Shown piece after piece: positions 1 through 10,402 of a stretch of DNA of 64,000 bases; the first letter of the stretch is position 1, and the number at the start of each line of letters is the position of its first letter. Both the position numbers and the translations under genes were made by a program. The notes beneath the pieces are model-generated. The model did no database searches. It saw only the letters and a program-made list of their open reading frames with translations, and was not told the origin of the DNA. The stretch is from Octopus sinensis. Taxonomy: Eukaryota. The stretch spans positions 23,932,001-23,996,000 of the forward strand of contig NC_043008.1 of assembly GCF_006345805.1 (NCBI RefSeq), written 5' to 3'.

Positions 1-699
1 TTACTGAGATCTCCCTTTTAGTAGAAAGAATAGCTATAACTCTTTGACTGCTATTTCTAAATTCGGTGTGTGGTGAGGCAAATCGTTGCTAAACCCTTAA
101 TTACTTAGTATTACTTAAACTTTCCTCGAACGAGGCTTTTACATGCCGAAATCTACTTGGTGAAATTAATTGATTATTCCAAATTAATTAGTTTTACCCT
201 ATTTTATTACTGATAACCATATTTCATCCCAGTAAATGACCGCAACATCTTGTCTTGGCTACACGCGGGTGGGAAGGGGTTGCTGACACGAACTTTCATT
301 CACACTTTGAATTTAGTGATACTGGTAACGGTTTTTAGCTCGCTCTGATACTGAGTTGAGATGATGCCTTCTAGTATCTCGAAATTTAATATACAATTAT
401 TCATAATTGTAGTGTCCTACGCTGTTGAGAGAAGAAGTTGGGTAAGACATAATTATCTAATTCTTATGCTTTCCTAAAACTTAATCTCGAAACGTACGTC
501 CGTAGGTGACTTAAAATTGTATGATAGTTTGCTGTCATTTCGTTCTCTCTTGCCTGTTTGTGTTTGCCTTTCAAGTGCTGTGGTTTTACTGAGATCTCCC
601 TTTTAGTAGAAAGAATAGCTATAACTCTTTGACTGCTATTTCTAAATTCGGTGTGTGGTGAGGCAAATCGTTGCTAAACCCTTAATTACTTAGTATTAC
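1..699 (+). mobile_element. Non-coding HHR-containing unit in partial tandem (585-bp period): retrozyme-like or Penelope pseudo-LTR (pLTR), truncated by the window start
   Basis: 1-114 is repeated at 586-699, which then runs into (TA)n; type I hammerhead at 416-506; no ORF. Confidence 0.7.
416..506 (+). ncRNA. Type I hammerhead ribozyme with variant core CUGUUGA
   Basis: CCUACG-CUGUUGA-[long stem II GAGA...UCUC]-GAAA-CGUACG-UC|CGUAGG; stem I CCUACG/CGUAGG; palindromic stem III; predicted cut after C500. Confidence 0.75.
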
Positions 700-960
700 A
701 TACATATATATATATACTTACATAAATATATATATGTATCAACATATACATATATCTACATGAATATATATATATACACATAGGTATACATATGTGTATA
801 TGTATATATATATACATATATACATATATGCATAAAAGTCTTTTTATATATACATCTATATGTATGCATATATAAAATAGATATATATGTATATATATAT
901 ATATATATATACACATATATATGTATATAGATAGATAGCTTGACAGATAGATAGATATAG
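700..960. repeat. Degenerate (TA)n/(TAGA)n microsatellite
   Basis: Seen directly in the sequence. Confidence 0.9.
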
Positions 961-961
961 T

Positions 962-1160
962 CTTTTTTTATTTGTTTCAGTCATTTGACTGTGGTCATGC
1001 AGGAGCACCGCCTGTAGTAGAGCAAATCGACCCTAGGACTTATTCTTTGGAAGCCCAGTAATTACTCTATCGGTCTCTCTTGCCGAACCGCTAAGTGACT
1101 GGGACGTAAACACACAGCATCGTTTGTCAAGTGATGTTGGGGAGACAAACAGACACACAC

Positions 1161-1217
<57 letters not shown>

Positions 1218-1372
1218 GACGAGCTTCTTTCAGTTTCCGTCTACGAAATCCACTCACAAGGCTTTAGTCGGCCCGGGGCTGTAGTAGAAGACACTTGCCC
1301 AGATACCACGCAGTGGGACTGAACCGGGAACCATGTGGTTAGTAGGCAAGCTACTTACCACACAGCCACTTT
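962..1372 (-). mobile_element. tRNA-derived SINE family 1 (CORE-like body, internal TA tract, CR1-like 3' tail)
   Basis: Minus strand has A box TGGCTGTGTGG and B box GGTTCAGTCCC; homologous to 5076-5448 and 31684-32030; tail matches the LINE 3' end at 6341-6379. Confidence 0.85.
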
Positions 1373-1383
1373 GGTAATATATA

Positions 1384-1429
<46 letters not shown>

Positions 1430-1698
1430 TGTGTATGTGTATATGCATCTGTGTATACTTACGTGTGTGTCTATCTATGCATACATAAATGATAGGTTAT
1501 GTGTGTATATATAAGCATAAATAAATATGTACACACATGAACGTGTGTATTGTGGTAATAAATCGACTATAGAACGGAATATTCATAGCTTTAAATTTAT
1601 GAATTTACAAAATTTGTTTTGGATTATTTACTTGTTTCTGATTAAGCTCGTTCTTATAAAGCGTTTTCGTATATGTTTTCATTTGATATTTTTCGTCA

Positions 1699-1961
1699 AC
1701 TATTTAAGCAAATATGTCCGTCTGATGAAGCATCATTACATATTTAAATGGATTTGATTATTCTTGAAAAACAGCGTTTTGTTAACGAAGCGGAAACTTG
1801 TTTGTATAAAATTCAATTTAAATATTTTATACAAACAAATGACATATCTCATAAATTACAGCTGCTTCCGCTTCATTAATAAAACGCTGGTTTTCAAGAA
1901 TAATCAAATCCTTTAATTATGTAATGATGCTTCATCAGACAGACATAGTTGCTTAAATAGT
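1699..1961. mobile_element. Foldback/MITE with ~95-bp inverted arms
   Basis: actatttaagcaa...aagcggaa is the reverse complement of ttccgctt...ttgcttaaatagt; extra internal hairpin at ~1798-1839. Confidence 0.7.
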
Positions 1962-1983
1962 CAAATGACCGAAGCAAGTAACA

Positions 1984-2047
<64 letters not shown>

Positions 2048-2084
2048 GAATGGAGTTGAACGACGAATTAACAAAATTCCTTTA

Positions 2085-2167
2085 TTTTCGACATATGTTT
2101 CGAAGGCTGCATATTCCTAATTGCGAAGGAATAAGGAGTATATCATGCCGCTTTCTCATCAGGAAAA
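2085..2167 (-). ncRNA. Type I hammerhead ribozyme in the PLE terminal repeat
   Basis: UUUUC-CUGAUGA-[long stem II]-GAAA-CAUAUG-UC|GAAAA; canonical core, palindromic stem III. Confidence 0.85.
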
Positions 2168-2741
2168 GCAAAGAACTTATGTCAACATCAAGATGCACAA
2201 AAAACTTTTAGATGACTGCTCACACGGAGCCCATAGTGAAAATGAGTGTCTCTTTAAAAAATTCCTTTGTAAGGAGTGACGTCAAAATGGTTGGATGTAG
2301 AAGAATCTAGAAGGTTGTAAAGGTCCAAGGGTTCAAACGAAGTAGGAGAAGAGAGGCATAAGAATAGGAAGGTGAAAGGGTGCAGTTCAAATGAATGGTG
2401 AATTTTCTTTTGTGAGTGAGTGTCTGTGTGTGTGACTGTTTATAACGGCATTAATGTGTGTGTGTATGTGTGTGCGTGATTGTGTTTGTGGATGAGTGGG
2501 TGCCAGAAAACAGACAGTGTCGAGGTGAACGGTTTGTGTCTGTGTGTTTAAATGTGCTTACTATAGATAGAGGGAAAGGGAGAGAGAAAGAGGAGGGCGA
2601 GGTATAGGAACAAAGGTAACACATACTCACTGGATTGAGTAGTAGTTCTTTGAAAGTATAAAAAGAATTTTTTGACTATGGGGGTGAAATATATAAAAAA
2701 TAGTTATATTAATTAAAATTCAAGGGGCTCTATATTAATCA

Positions 2742-4150
2742 TTATTCATATGATTGAAAGGTGTGTTTTTGCCAGTGCATGCATCTGTAGGACCTCTCGA
2801 CGATTGTATTTATTAAAATGACTTTGGCGAACAAAATATGAAAAAGTTCGGAATTACAGACGCCGCAATGTTTCCTGCCCTTGTCAAACGGGAAGGATAC
2901 CGACAATATGGACCATTCCAGTTTAAAAGTTGTATTGCTGTCCTTCAGACGCCAAACTAATTTACTTAGTCCCGTGCTGTGTTGCTTTCTCTTATCTCTG
3001 AAAGTTGAGTAATGGTTGGATATCCTTTGGGCTAATTTAGAAGAAGTTGCTCCAATGTAGAAGAAGACATCGGTTCCCGAAGAAATTTTGCACTGGTAAA
3101 TGGTGTTTCTAATTTTGGAATTTTTGGATAGGTAATCTATTGGGGTTAAAATCCGATACTAAGACAGAGGTTTTATTGTTATGATAGGTGTAAATATTGT
3201 TGCTAGCATTGGTCACGATACTATTCATCTTATTATCATTACTATTAATTGTAATATCGTCGGCAATTTCTCTGACTATAGGAATGCTGGACTGTTATCA
3301 TCAATAATACAACTGTTATTAGAAATGCTGTTATTGTTACCACTAACACCACCACTGTTAATAATCTGGCTAATATTATTATCATTATTACTATTGTTAA
3401 CGCCAGTGCTGATATGAATGTTGCTAATATCAATACTGTTTATATTATTACTATTATTATTATATGTTAGGTTGGAATTGGTAAGGGCAGTGTCGCTACT
3501 CCTGGGTGATGAATCCTTATTTAACAGCTTATTATTATGGGAGGCAATTATCTGCGATAGGTTTCTAGTGTTGGAAAATGCAATCCTCACCTTATCCGAA
3601 TTGATGGTAGAGTAATACCTAGAATTCCTGGGAAAGTTCCTGCCTACAGCTTCACGGAATTGTAAAGGGAGGGTAGACCTGATTTGTTTCCCGAAAGGAA
3701 TAACAAACCTGATATAGTTTTTTGGGGATTTAGAATAGCTCAGAGTGCTAACATTTACATTAAAAGGAGTATTTCTGTGTTGTAGAATTGGTGTTGGTTT
3801 TCGATTGCCTCCCCTGGTCCGTACATTATTTTTGTTAATTATATTAGTGTCGACGTTGCTAGGGTTGAAACCATTAATTACATTATTTCTATTGTTATTA
3901 GTTTTCTTATCCTGAGAGGCAAATATTAGTTTAGAATGGGCCGGGTCGATATATGATACCTTATCCCTATAACCGGCTTTTGACAGGGCGGTATTATAAA
4001 ATTCCGCTTTTTGTTTAAAAATGTCGACATTCGCAGATAAATTTGATAGTCTTAAGGATATATTTTTAACTAGATTATCGGTGATAGTTTTTGCATGGTT
4101 ACTGAAAATACTGACATATTTAAGGTTAGAAGAAGGCTTATGGTAAGGGA
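2742..4150 (-). pseudogene. Frameshifted PLE RT C-terminus plus GIY-YIG endonuclease
   Basis: ORF 3276-4217 (its first ~20 aa come from the adjacent repeat). Hand translation of ~2742-3125 gives IYQC..YIG..RISNHYSTF..TGLSKLVW.LK..WSIL..CGVC..E..CMH. Confidence 0.8.
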
Positions 4151-4165
4151 AGTATATATATAAAT

Positions 4166-4676
4166 ATAAGTTGGAGACGGGAAGGATGACTTCCCTTTGC
4201 AAATACTGACAGGACACAGAAAGTGTGTCTATGGCCAGCTGGAGGAGTGTGTCCTCCTGGGGCTAAAAACTACAGTAGCATCCACCCTTAGGGGTAGCCA
4301 TATTGAGATGGCAAATATACGTCACGATGTGTTACCGCTACTGTATATAACTCACTTTGATATTTATCATTGTTTGATTTCACTTTTTCAATATCAGCGA
4401 CAGTGGACGCTGGAAAAAGTATAAGTATTTGTGAAGGAAATCTAATTCTCGCCGACAACTATGATTGTCACACGCTGACGAGAGGTCAATACCTCGAAAC
4501 TCGAGTCCGTGTGTATCATAAGTTGGAGACGGGAAGGATGACTTCCCTTTGCAAATACTGACAGGACACAGAAAGTGTGTCTATGGCCAGCTGGAGGAGT
4601 GTGTCCTCCTGGGGCTAAAAACTACAGTAGCATCCACCCTTAGGGGTAGCCATATTGAGATGGCAAATATACGTCA

Positions 4677-4680
<4 letters not shown>
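4166..4680 (+). mobile_element. Retrozyme-like element: 352-bp non-coding unit plus a 163-bp repeated end, with HHR
   Basis: 4166-4328 appears identical to 4518-4680; intact HHR at 4460-4520; TA-rich flanks; many short hairpins. Confidence 0.8.
4460..4520 (+). ncRNA. Type I hammerhead ribozyme with intact core
   Basis: UAUGAU-UGU-CACACG-CUGACGA-GAGGU-CAAU-ACCUC-GAAA-CUCGAG-UC|CGUGUG-U-AUCAUA; predicted cut after C4507. Confidence 0.9.
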
Positions 4681-4719
<39 letters not shown>

Positions 4720-4889
4720 TGTATTTGTGTGTATAGATAGATAGATAGATAGAAATGTTTCAGAAGAATTTACTGATTTATATTACCTATATCAATAACA
4801 ATGTTATTCCAATAGATAAATAAAAAATAGACATACAGTTTATTAATATATAAATATAAATCATAAATGGAAAACAAAACAATAAAATA

Positions 4890-5211
4890 AACCGCTAAGT
4901 TACGGGGTCTTAATCATACCAACATCGGTTGTCAAGCGATGGGAGGGGGGGGCAAGCAGACACACAAACACATGCATATCTACATGTATCTACATTCGAT
5001 GAGCTTCTTTCAGTTTCCATCTACAAAATCCACTCACTATAGCCTGAGGCAATAACTGAAGACACCAGCACAAGGTAATTACTCTATCGGGGTCTCTTGG
5101 TCTCTTGCCGAACCGCTAAGTGACGGAGACGTAAACACACCACCATCGGTTGTCAAGCGATATTGGGGAGGCAAACAGATACACAAATATATATATATAT
5201 ATATATATACG

Positions 5212-5278
<67 letters not shown>

Positions 5279-5448
5279 TATATATACGACGGGCTTCTTT
5301 CAATTTCTGTCTACCAAATCCACTCACAAGGCTTTGGGCGGCCCGAGGCTATATTAGAAGATAGTTGCCCAAGGTGCCACGAAGTGGGACTGAACCTCAA
5401 CCCATGTGGTTGGGAAGCAAGCTACTTATCACATAGCCACTCCTGCAA
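4890..5448 (-). mobile_element. Two adjacent SINE family 1 copies (partial ~4890-5075; ~5076-5448)
   Basis: Homologous to 962-1372 and 31684-32030. Confidence 0.8.
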
Positions 5449-5513
5449 CTATATATATATATTATATATATATATATATACACATTCATATATAAAATTC
5501 ATATCTTACCTTC

Positions 5514-6049
5514 ATCGGCACATGTCAATCATTTGAAAAATCTTCCTAACCCGACACTTTGAAATCTGCAGGCCCTCTGAATTGTTTTGCGCTAAATCAG
5601 AGCAGCTTCAGTTTGAAAAGTTTCAATACGGAGCAAATGTTTGAAGAGTGAATACTTATATAGATATTATTATTGCTATTATTATCGAGGGCAAAGAGTT
5701 TTTAACTTTTATGTCTTGCAGGCATTCGTGTGCCCTTATCATTAACATTCGTGTGCCTTTATCATATGAATTTTAAATATATGGCTATATAATGCAACAT
5801 ATTATTGCTGTTAAATATATGGCTATATAAGCCTGCAACATATTATTGCTGTTATTATCAATTATTTATATTGCCCTCGATAATAATGGCAATAATAATA
5901 TTTATATAAATATTTGCTCCTCAATATTTGCTCCATATTGAAAGTTTTCTCACTGAGGCTGCTCTGATTTGGCGCAAAACTATTTAGAGGGCCAGCAGAT
6001 TTCAACGTGGCGGGTTGGGAAGATTTTTTAAATGGTTGACATGTGCTGA
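5514..6049. mobile_element. MITE/foldback with ~180-bp diverged inverted arms
   Basis: atcggcacatgtc...tcgagggcaa versus ttgccctcga...gacatgtgctgat. Confidence 0.75.
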
Positions 6050-6145
6050 TTAGTGTTAGACTTATGTCAAACCAGAAACCAGTCCACCTGTGTACTAATA
6101 CCAACAAATATATAGCATTCTGCTACATAGGCTGTGATGGATTTT

Positions 6146-6202
<57 letters not shown>

Positions 6203-6283
6203 TTTTATATATATATATATATATGCTTTTATATGAATATATATATATATATGCTTTTATATGTATATATGTATATATATATA

Positions 6284-6329
<46 letters not shown>

Positions 6330-6339
6330 TGTTTTTATA

Positions 6340-8200
6340 AGTTTCACTCCAAGGACTGCGGCCATGCTGGGGCACCACCCTTTACTTTGCTGCACTTTCA
6401 CTAAACATCCTTTGATATGTGACTCTTGGCGGATGAGGGAGTTCGACTTTGCTATCCTCATGCGTGCTTCTTCCCTGGAAGTAGGTTCATCTGGGACTCT
6501 TAACAGAAAGAGATCTAGTTTTGTTTTGAAAAGACCTACATCCACGCCATGCAGGTCTCTCAAGCTTTGTTCCCTTCTTTAGTTTGTCTGGGAGCTTACC
6601 ATTTGCGAGGAAGCTCTACAAAAGAAGCTGCAATGGTTTTGTAAGGACTTGATTGCATGACTTGGGAATCCCTCAGGGCCAGGAGCTGAGTTTGCATCTA
6701 TATCGTCTATTTCTAGCATTACATCCTTTTCCTTGATGCTGATGCAATCAATTGTTACTGTCTCCTGTTCAGCTTCTACAGGTTTGTTAACTTGCATGTT
6801 CTGCAGGGTGGGGTGAAGACACTTTTGAACTGTTCATTCAGTGTTTCACTTATCCTCATTGGGTTTCCCGTCAGGGAGCCATATTTTTGGAGGAGTGGCC
6901 CTACCCTGCAATACACAGAGGTAGTCACCTTGGTGTACCTAAAGAAGGCTTCAGGGTCTGATTTTATATTTTGTATGACCCAGGCTTTTCTGCCTGATCT
7001 TTCCTTCTCAAGAGAGTGCTTCATTTGTTTCTCAATCTCCAGCAGTGCTGTTCGCAGGTGGGGAGTTTTACTGTCATCGAGTTCTCTGTTGAGGCGGTTT
7101 GCAATCTCTTTACGTCGTCTCATGAGAACTTTCTTCTCCCTGGGAATAATATTCTTATATGCCGTGGCCTTTCTGTTTGGGAGAAAGACGTAGCATATGG
7201 CTTGTATTACGGACATGAAAGTTTTCAATTTCATGTCTATGTCAGGTGTAGAGAGACATTGGGATCAGTCCCGTTTGATGATCTCTTTTTCAATTGATTT
7301 CCAGTCGTCTGCTTTGTGTAGTTCAGATTGGATAGGTTTTGGGTGCTTCTCATAGGCTGCATGTCTCTGGGTTCCTTTAGTCCATACATAGTCAGCTCTA
7401 TTATGTTGTGATCTGAGATTAGTGTCGGTGTTACTTTCACATTATAGATGAGATCCACATTGTTTGTGAAGCAGAGATCAAGTACAATGTTTGCCCTGGT
7501 TGGTTGGAGTATTATGTGCTCTATATATAATTTGTTAGTGAGGTTGAGCAGGGATTCCACCTGACTTTGCTCACATTGCATCATTCCTGAGAGGAAAAGT
7601 CCTACATGCCATTTCACATTAGGCAGGTTGAAGTCTCCCATGAGAAGTACACTGATATGCTCTTTTTTGGTTAAGACCTCTTCTGTTCTTGCAAAGCAAT
7701 CTTAGAATAGGCCCGTGTGATTTGGGACATCTGGATATATGTATTAAATATAACTACATGGAGTTGGCTTGTATGTTCAATTAGTGTGTTACACACTGAG
7801 TTTGTGTGTGACAAAAGGATCTGGGGCGTGAGATCTTCACGGATGTACATTGCCACTCTACCGTGGCTCATGTCTTTTGTATCACTTTGCAATACGACGT
7901 ACTTTGTTATGTGTATTTCTGCATTTGCGATGTCGGGTTTTAAGTGTGTTTCAGTGAGCGCTTTGTAAAAGCTTGGTTGCATGTCACTAGATCTCTCAGG
8001 AAGCTAATTTCAGTTCTGTTGCTGATTTATAACAGTCCTCTTACATTTACGGAGTATATTGGTGTGACCTCTGTGCTGATGCTAGTAGTGAAAAACAGTT
8101 TCATCTCTTCGTTGAGCATCAGCATTGACCAAAGTCATCGGATAGCATGAGTGGAGGGGGCGTTGGATGGTATTAAAGTGGTTTTGAAAGTTAATGAAGT
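6340..8200 (-). mobile_element. CR1-group (L2/Crack-like) LINE, degenerate, with most of the RT deleted
   Basis: APE motifs ALTETHL, MGDFNLP, LDLCFTN, SDHNII; RT start SAPGPEG; C-terminal [14 protein letters not shown]; 3' tail runs into (TA)n. Confidence 0.8.
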
Positions 8201-9221
8201 TCTCAAATCACAGCCCCTACAACAGTGAGCGTGATACGATTAGAGGTGAGGAGAGATTTAGGCTGGAACCAGTTACAAACAACGGTACTAGATATATATA
8301 AAAATTATATTAAAATGTTAAATTTAAAATTTAAAGTGTTAGTGAATGTGTAAGGTCGATGGGAATAAATGATAAAAGAGGCTCTTCTGCTAAGTTCTCG
8401 TAGAGTGAAATTATAGGGTTCAGGGATGAAACAAATATAGTTATAATGGATAATACATACTATAAAAGTAATTGAATATGTTCAGCGAAGAAATCTGGTA
8501 AGTTAAATTAATTTTATATATTTTAGTAACCAGTGTTTAACTCCATTACCGTGAGAAGAAAAGTCCTGGTGTTATATATTTGACAACAATCGTGTTGCAA
8601 CTGAACAGGTATTAGGTTAATTATAACCTAGGTGGGATGTAACATGAATTAAAAGAAAAATGAGAATCTATAAAATAAAATGACATAAAGGATATCATGA
8701 TAAGGTAATTAAACTGATTTATATGACGTCTAAAATATATATCAGTGAGAACCAGCGGTAGTCCTTTTCCCGCAATTCGAAAAGATTTAAAGAATTTATA
8801 AACGCACGAAGCGACGGCTCTATTTTGTTTATTTAATAATTGTTTGGAGTTATAAAGAGGCTAAGCAGTAATGTAATGAGGCCTTAAATGTGCAGCATTT
8901 ATCAAAGCTATAATGGTTTGTCTATTGAACACAAGAGAAATGTTTGAGTATAAATGCACTCACAGAAGGATTTCCAAAATGCTATTTCTTACTCTATTTA
9001 AATTATTACTTTAGCTCTTATAAAAATAGTTTTAGGGAGAAATGAGTTTTTATTTTTATACTTTGTTAATTGGCATTAAAATCTGAATTGGTTTTTATAT
9101 TTATTTTCTTATCAATTCTTTGAATTGATATAATGTTGATTTTTCTATTGGTATTGGTATTCCTTCAAACATAACCAGCACGGGGTATTTTGGCCTTGTT
9201 ATGGAGGAGATATATTATATA

Positions 9222-10402
9222 CTAGCAGTTAAGCCCGGTTTCACCCGGTCTGTTTGGATGATGTGGGTGTGATCGTTTTCGGTTAGGCATAATCTATAAC
9301 AGCGTTTCTCAACCTTATCATTTCGGGTCCCCTGTTTCGATTGAAGCGTCCAGCGGTATGAAAATCCCCCCCCCGTCAGAAAACAGGTTCAAGAGTTGTA
9401 GAGAAAGAATTTGTACGTAGTCTGTTTCTGAGAGCTATTGTATTGGACCTCTGTCTAATCATTAAAACATTTATTTAATTATGAACATATAAAGAAATTA
9501 TACATTAATCCCTATTTTTGTAAGCAGTTGCATCCGTAAAACTTTTATTTGCAGGGAGCAGAAATTGAAAGAAGGTATGTGAAATGGATGTGTGTATGTG
9601 AGAGAAAAAGAGGGTGAGAAAGAGAGATAGAGCGAGTGAGTGAAGCTGTGTCTGTCATTGAGTTACGTTAGGCAACGTTTCTTGTTTTCCCTTCTGATGC
9701 GGCCTGCCAACACGGGAGCATCCAACGTAAAGTTGACCGTTGGAGACCACTTTCTCTGTAAGATATAAACCAACCATTTGCGACGATTGACCCTGTGCCT
9801 TATTTATTGTCATTGCAAGGAGAGTTTGATAGGAAATTGAAGCCGCTTAAACATGTAGATCGTATCGGAGTGAGAGACATTTGAATTATAAGAACATCTT
9901 GACCAGCGACCGATCCATTCAATTCTATTGGACCTCTGTCTAATCACATCTATTAAGGTACGCACACATACATAGAAAATGTGAGGTCATGGTAGAAAAT
10001 TTTTACGATAGTTGATTTATGGAAAAGATTTTTAAAAAAAGAGGGCAAAAAGCACTCGTTTTTCACAATGAAAAATCGTTTCCTAGTAGCCGGAATTTCG
10101 CGACAAAATGTATGTCTATTAGGCGCAACAACCAGCAGTGCATGCCGCTGGGCATTAAAAGCCAATCGCACAAACCTAGAGGGGCTCTGGGTCCCCTTGA
10201 ATCGATAAAAAATCACTCTTTTTGCCATAGCAACCACATCTTTATAGCTTGCGAATGTTAACCACCGCGGGTCTCATCCTCACCACGCATTTAGTATCCC
10301 TGCCAATTTTCAGCTCGATCCTAGCCTCGGTCTGGCCGCCATTAACCGTCAAAGCAAAATGTGCATACTATTTTCGTCCAAGGACTGTTTTATAGATATA
10401 GA
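9222..10402 (-). mobile_element. Non-autonomous Helitron-like element
   Basis: Minus strand starts 5' TCTATATCTATAAAA; subterminal CCGGG..CCGG hairpin and CTAG 3' end; same terminal layout as 34465-34970. Confidence 0.65.

Larger units (their letters stand above)
2043..4155 (-). mobile_element. 5'-truncated Penelope-like element (Naiad-like), flanked by (TA)n
   Basis: RT thumb/C-terminal region (YHKPSSNLKYV...SNH, RLSNLS, ALSKAGY, SHNNKLL), GIY-YIG endonuclease, 3' UTR with HHR, ends in (TA)n. Confidence 0.85.

Noticed and set aside
1720-1800. CTGATGA...GAAA as a hammerhead
   Set aside because: I could not form stems I-III; the sequence is one arm of a foldback element.
2742-4217. Selenocysteine-recoding Naiad (in-frame UGA plus SECIS)
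   Set aside because: The breaks I see are TAG and frameshifts, the endonuclease cysteines use TGY codons, and no convincing SECIS was found.
4166-4680. LTR element or TRIM
   Set aside because: No TG..CA ends, primer-binding site or TSD. The HHR and TA flanks fit a retrozyme or pLTR better.
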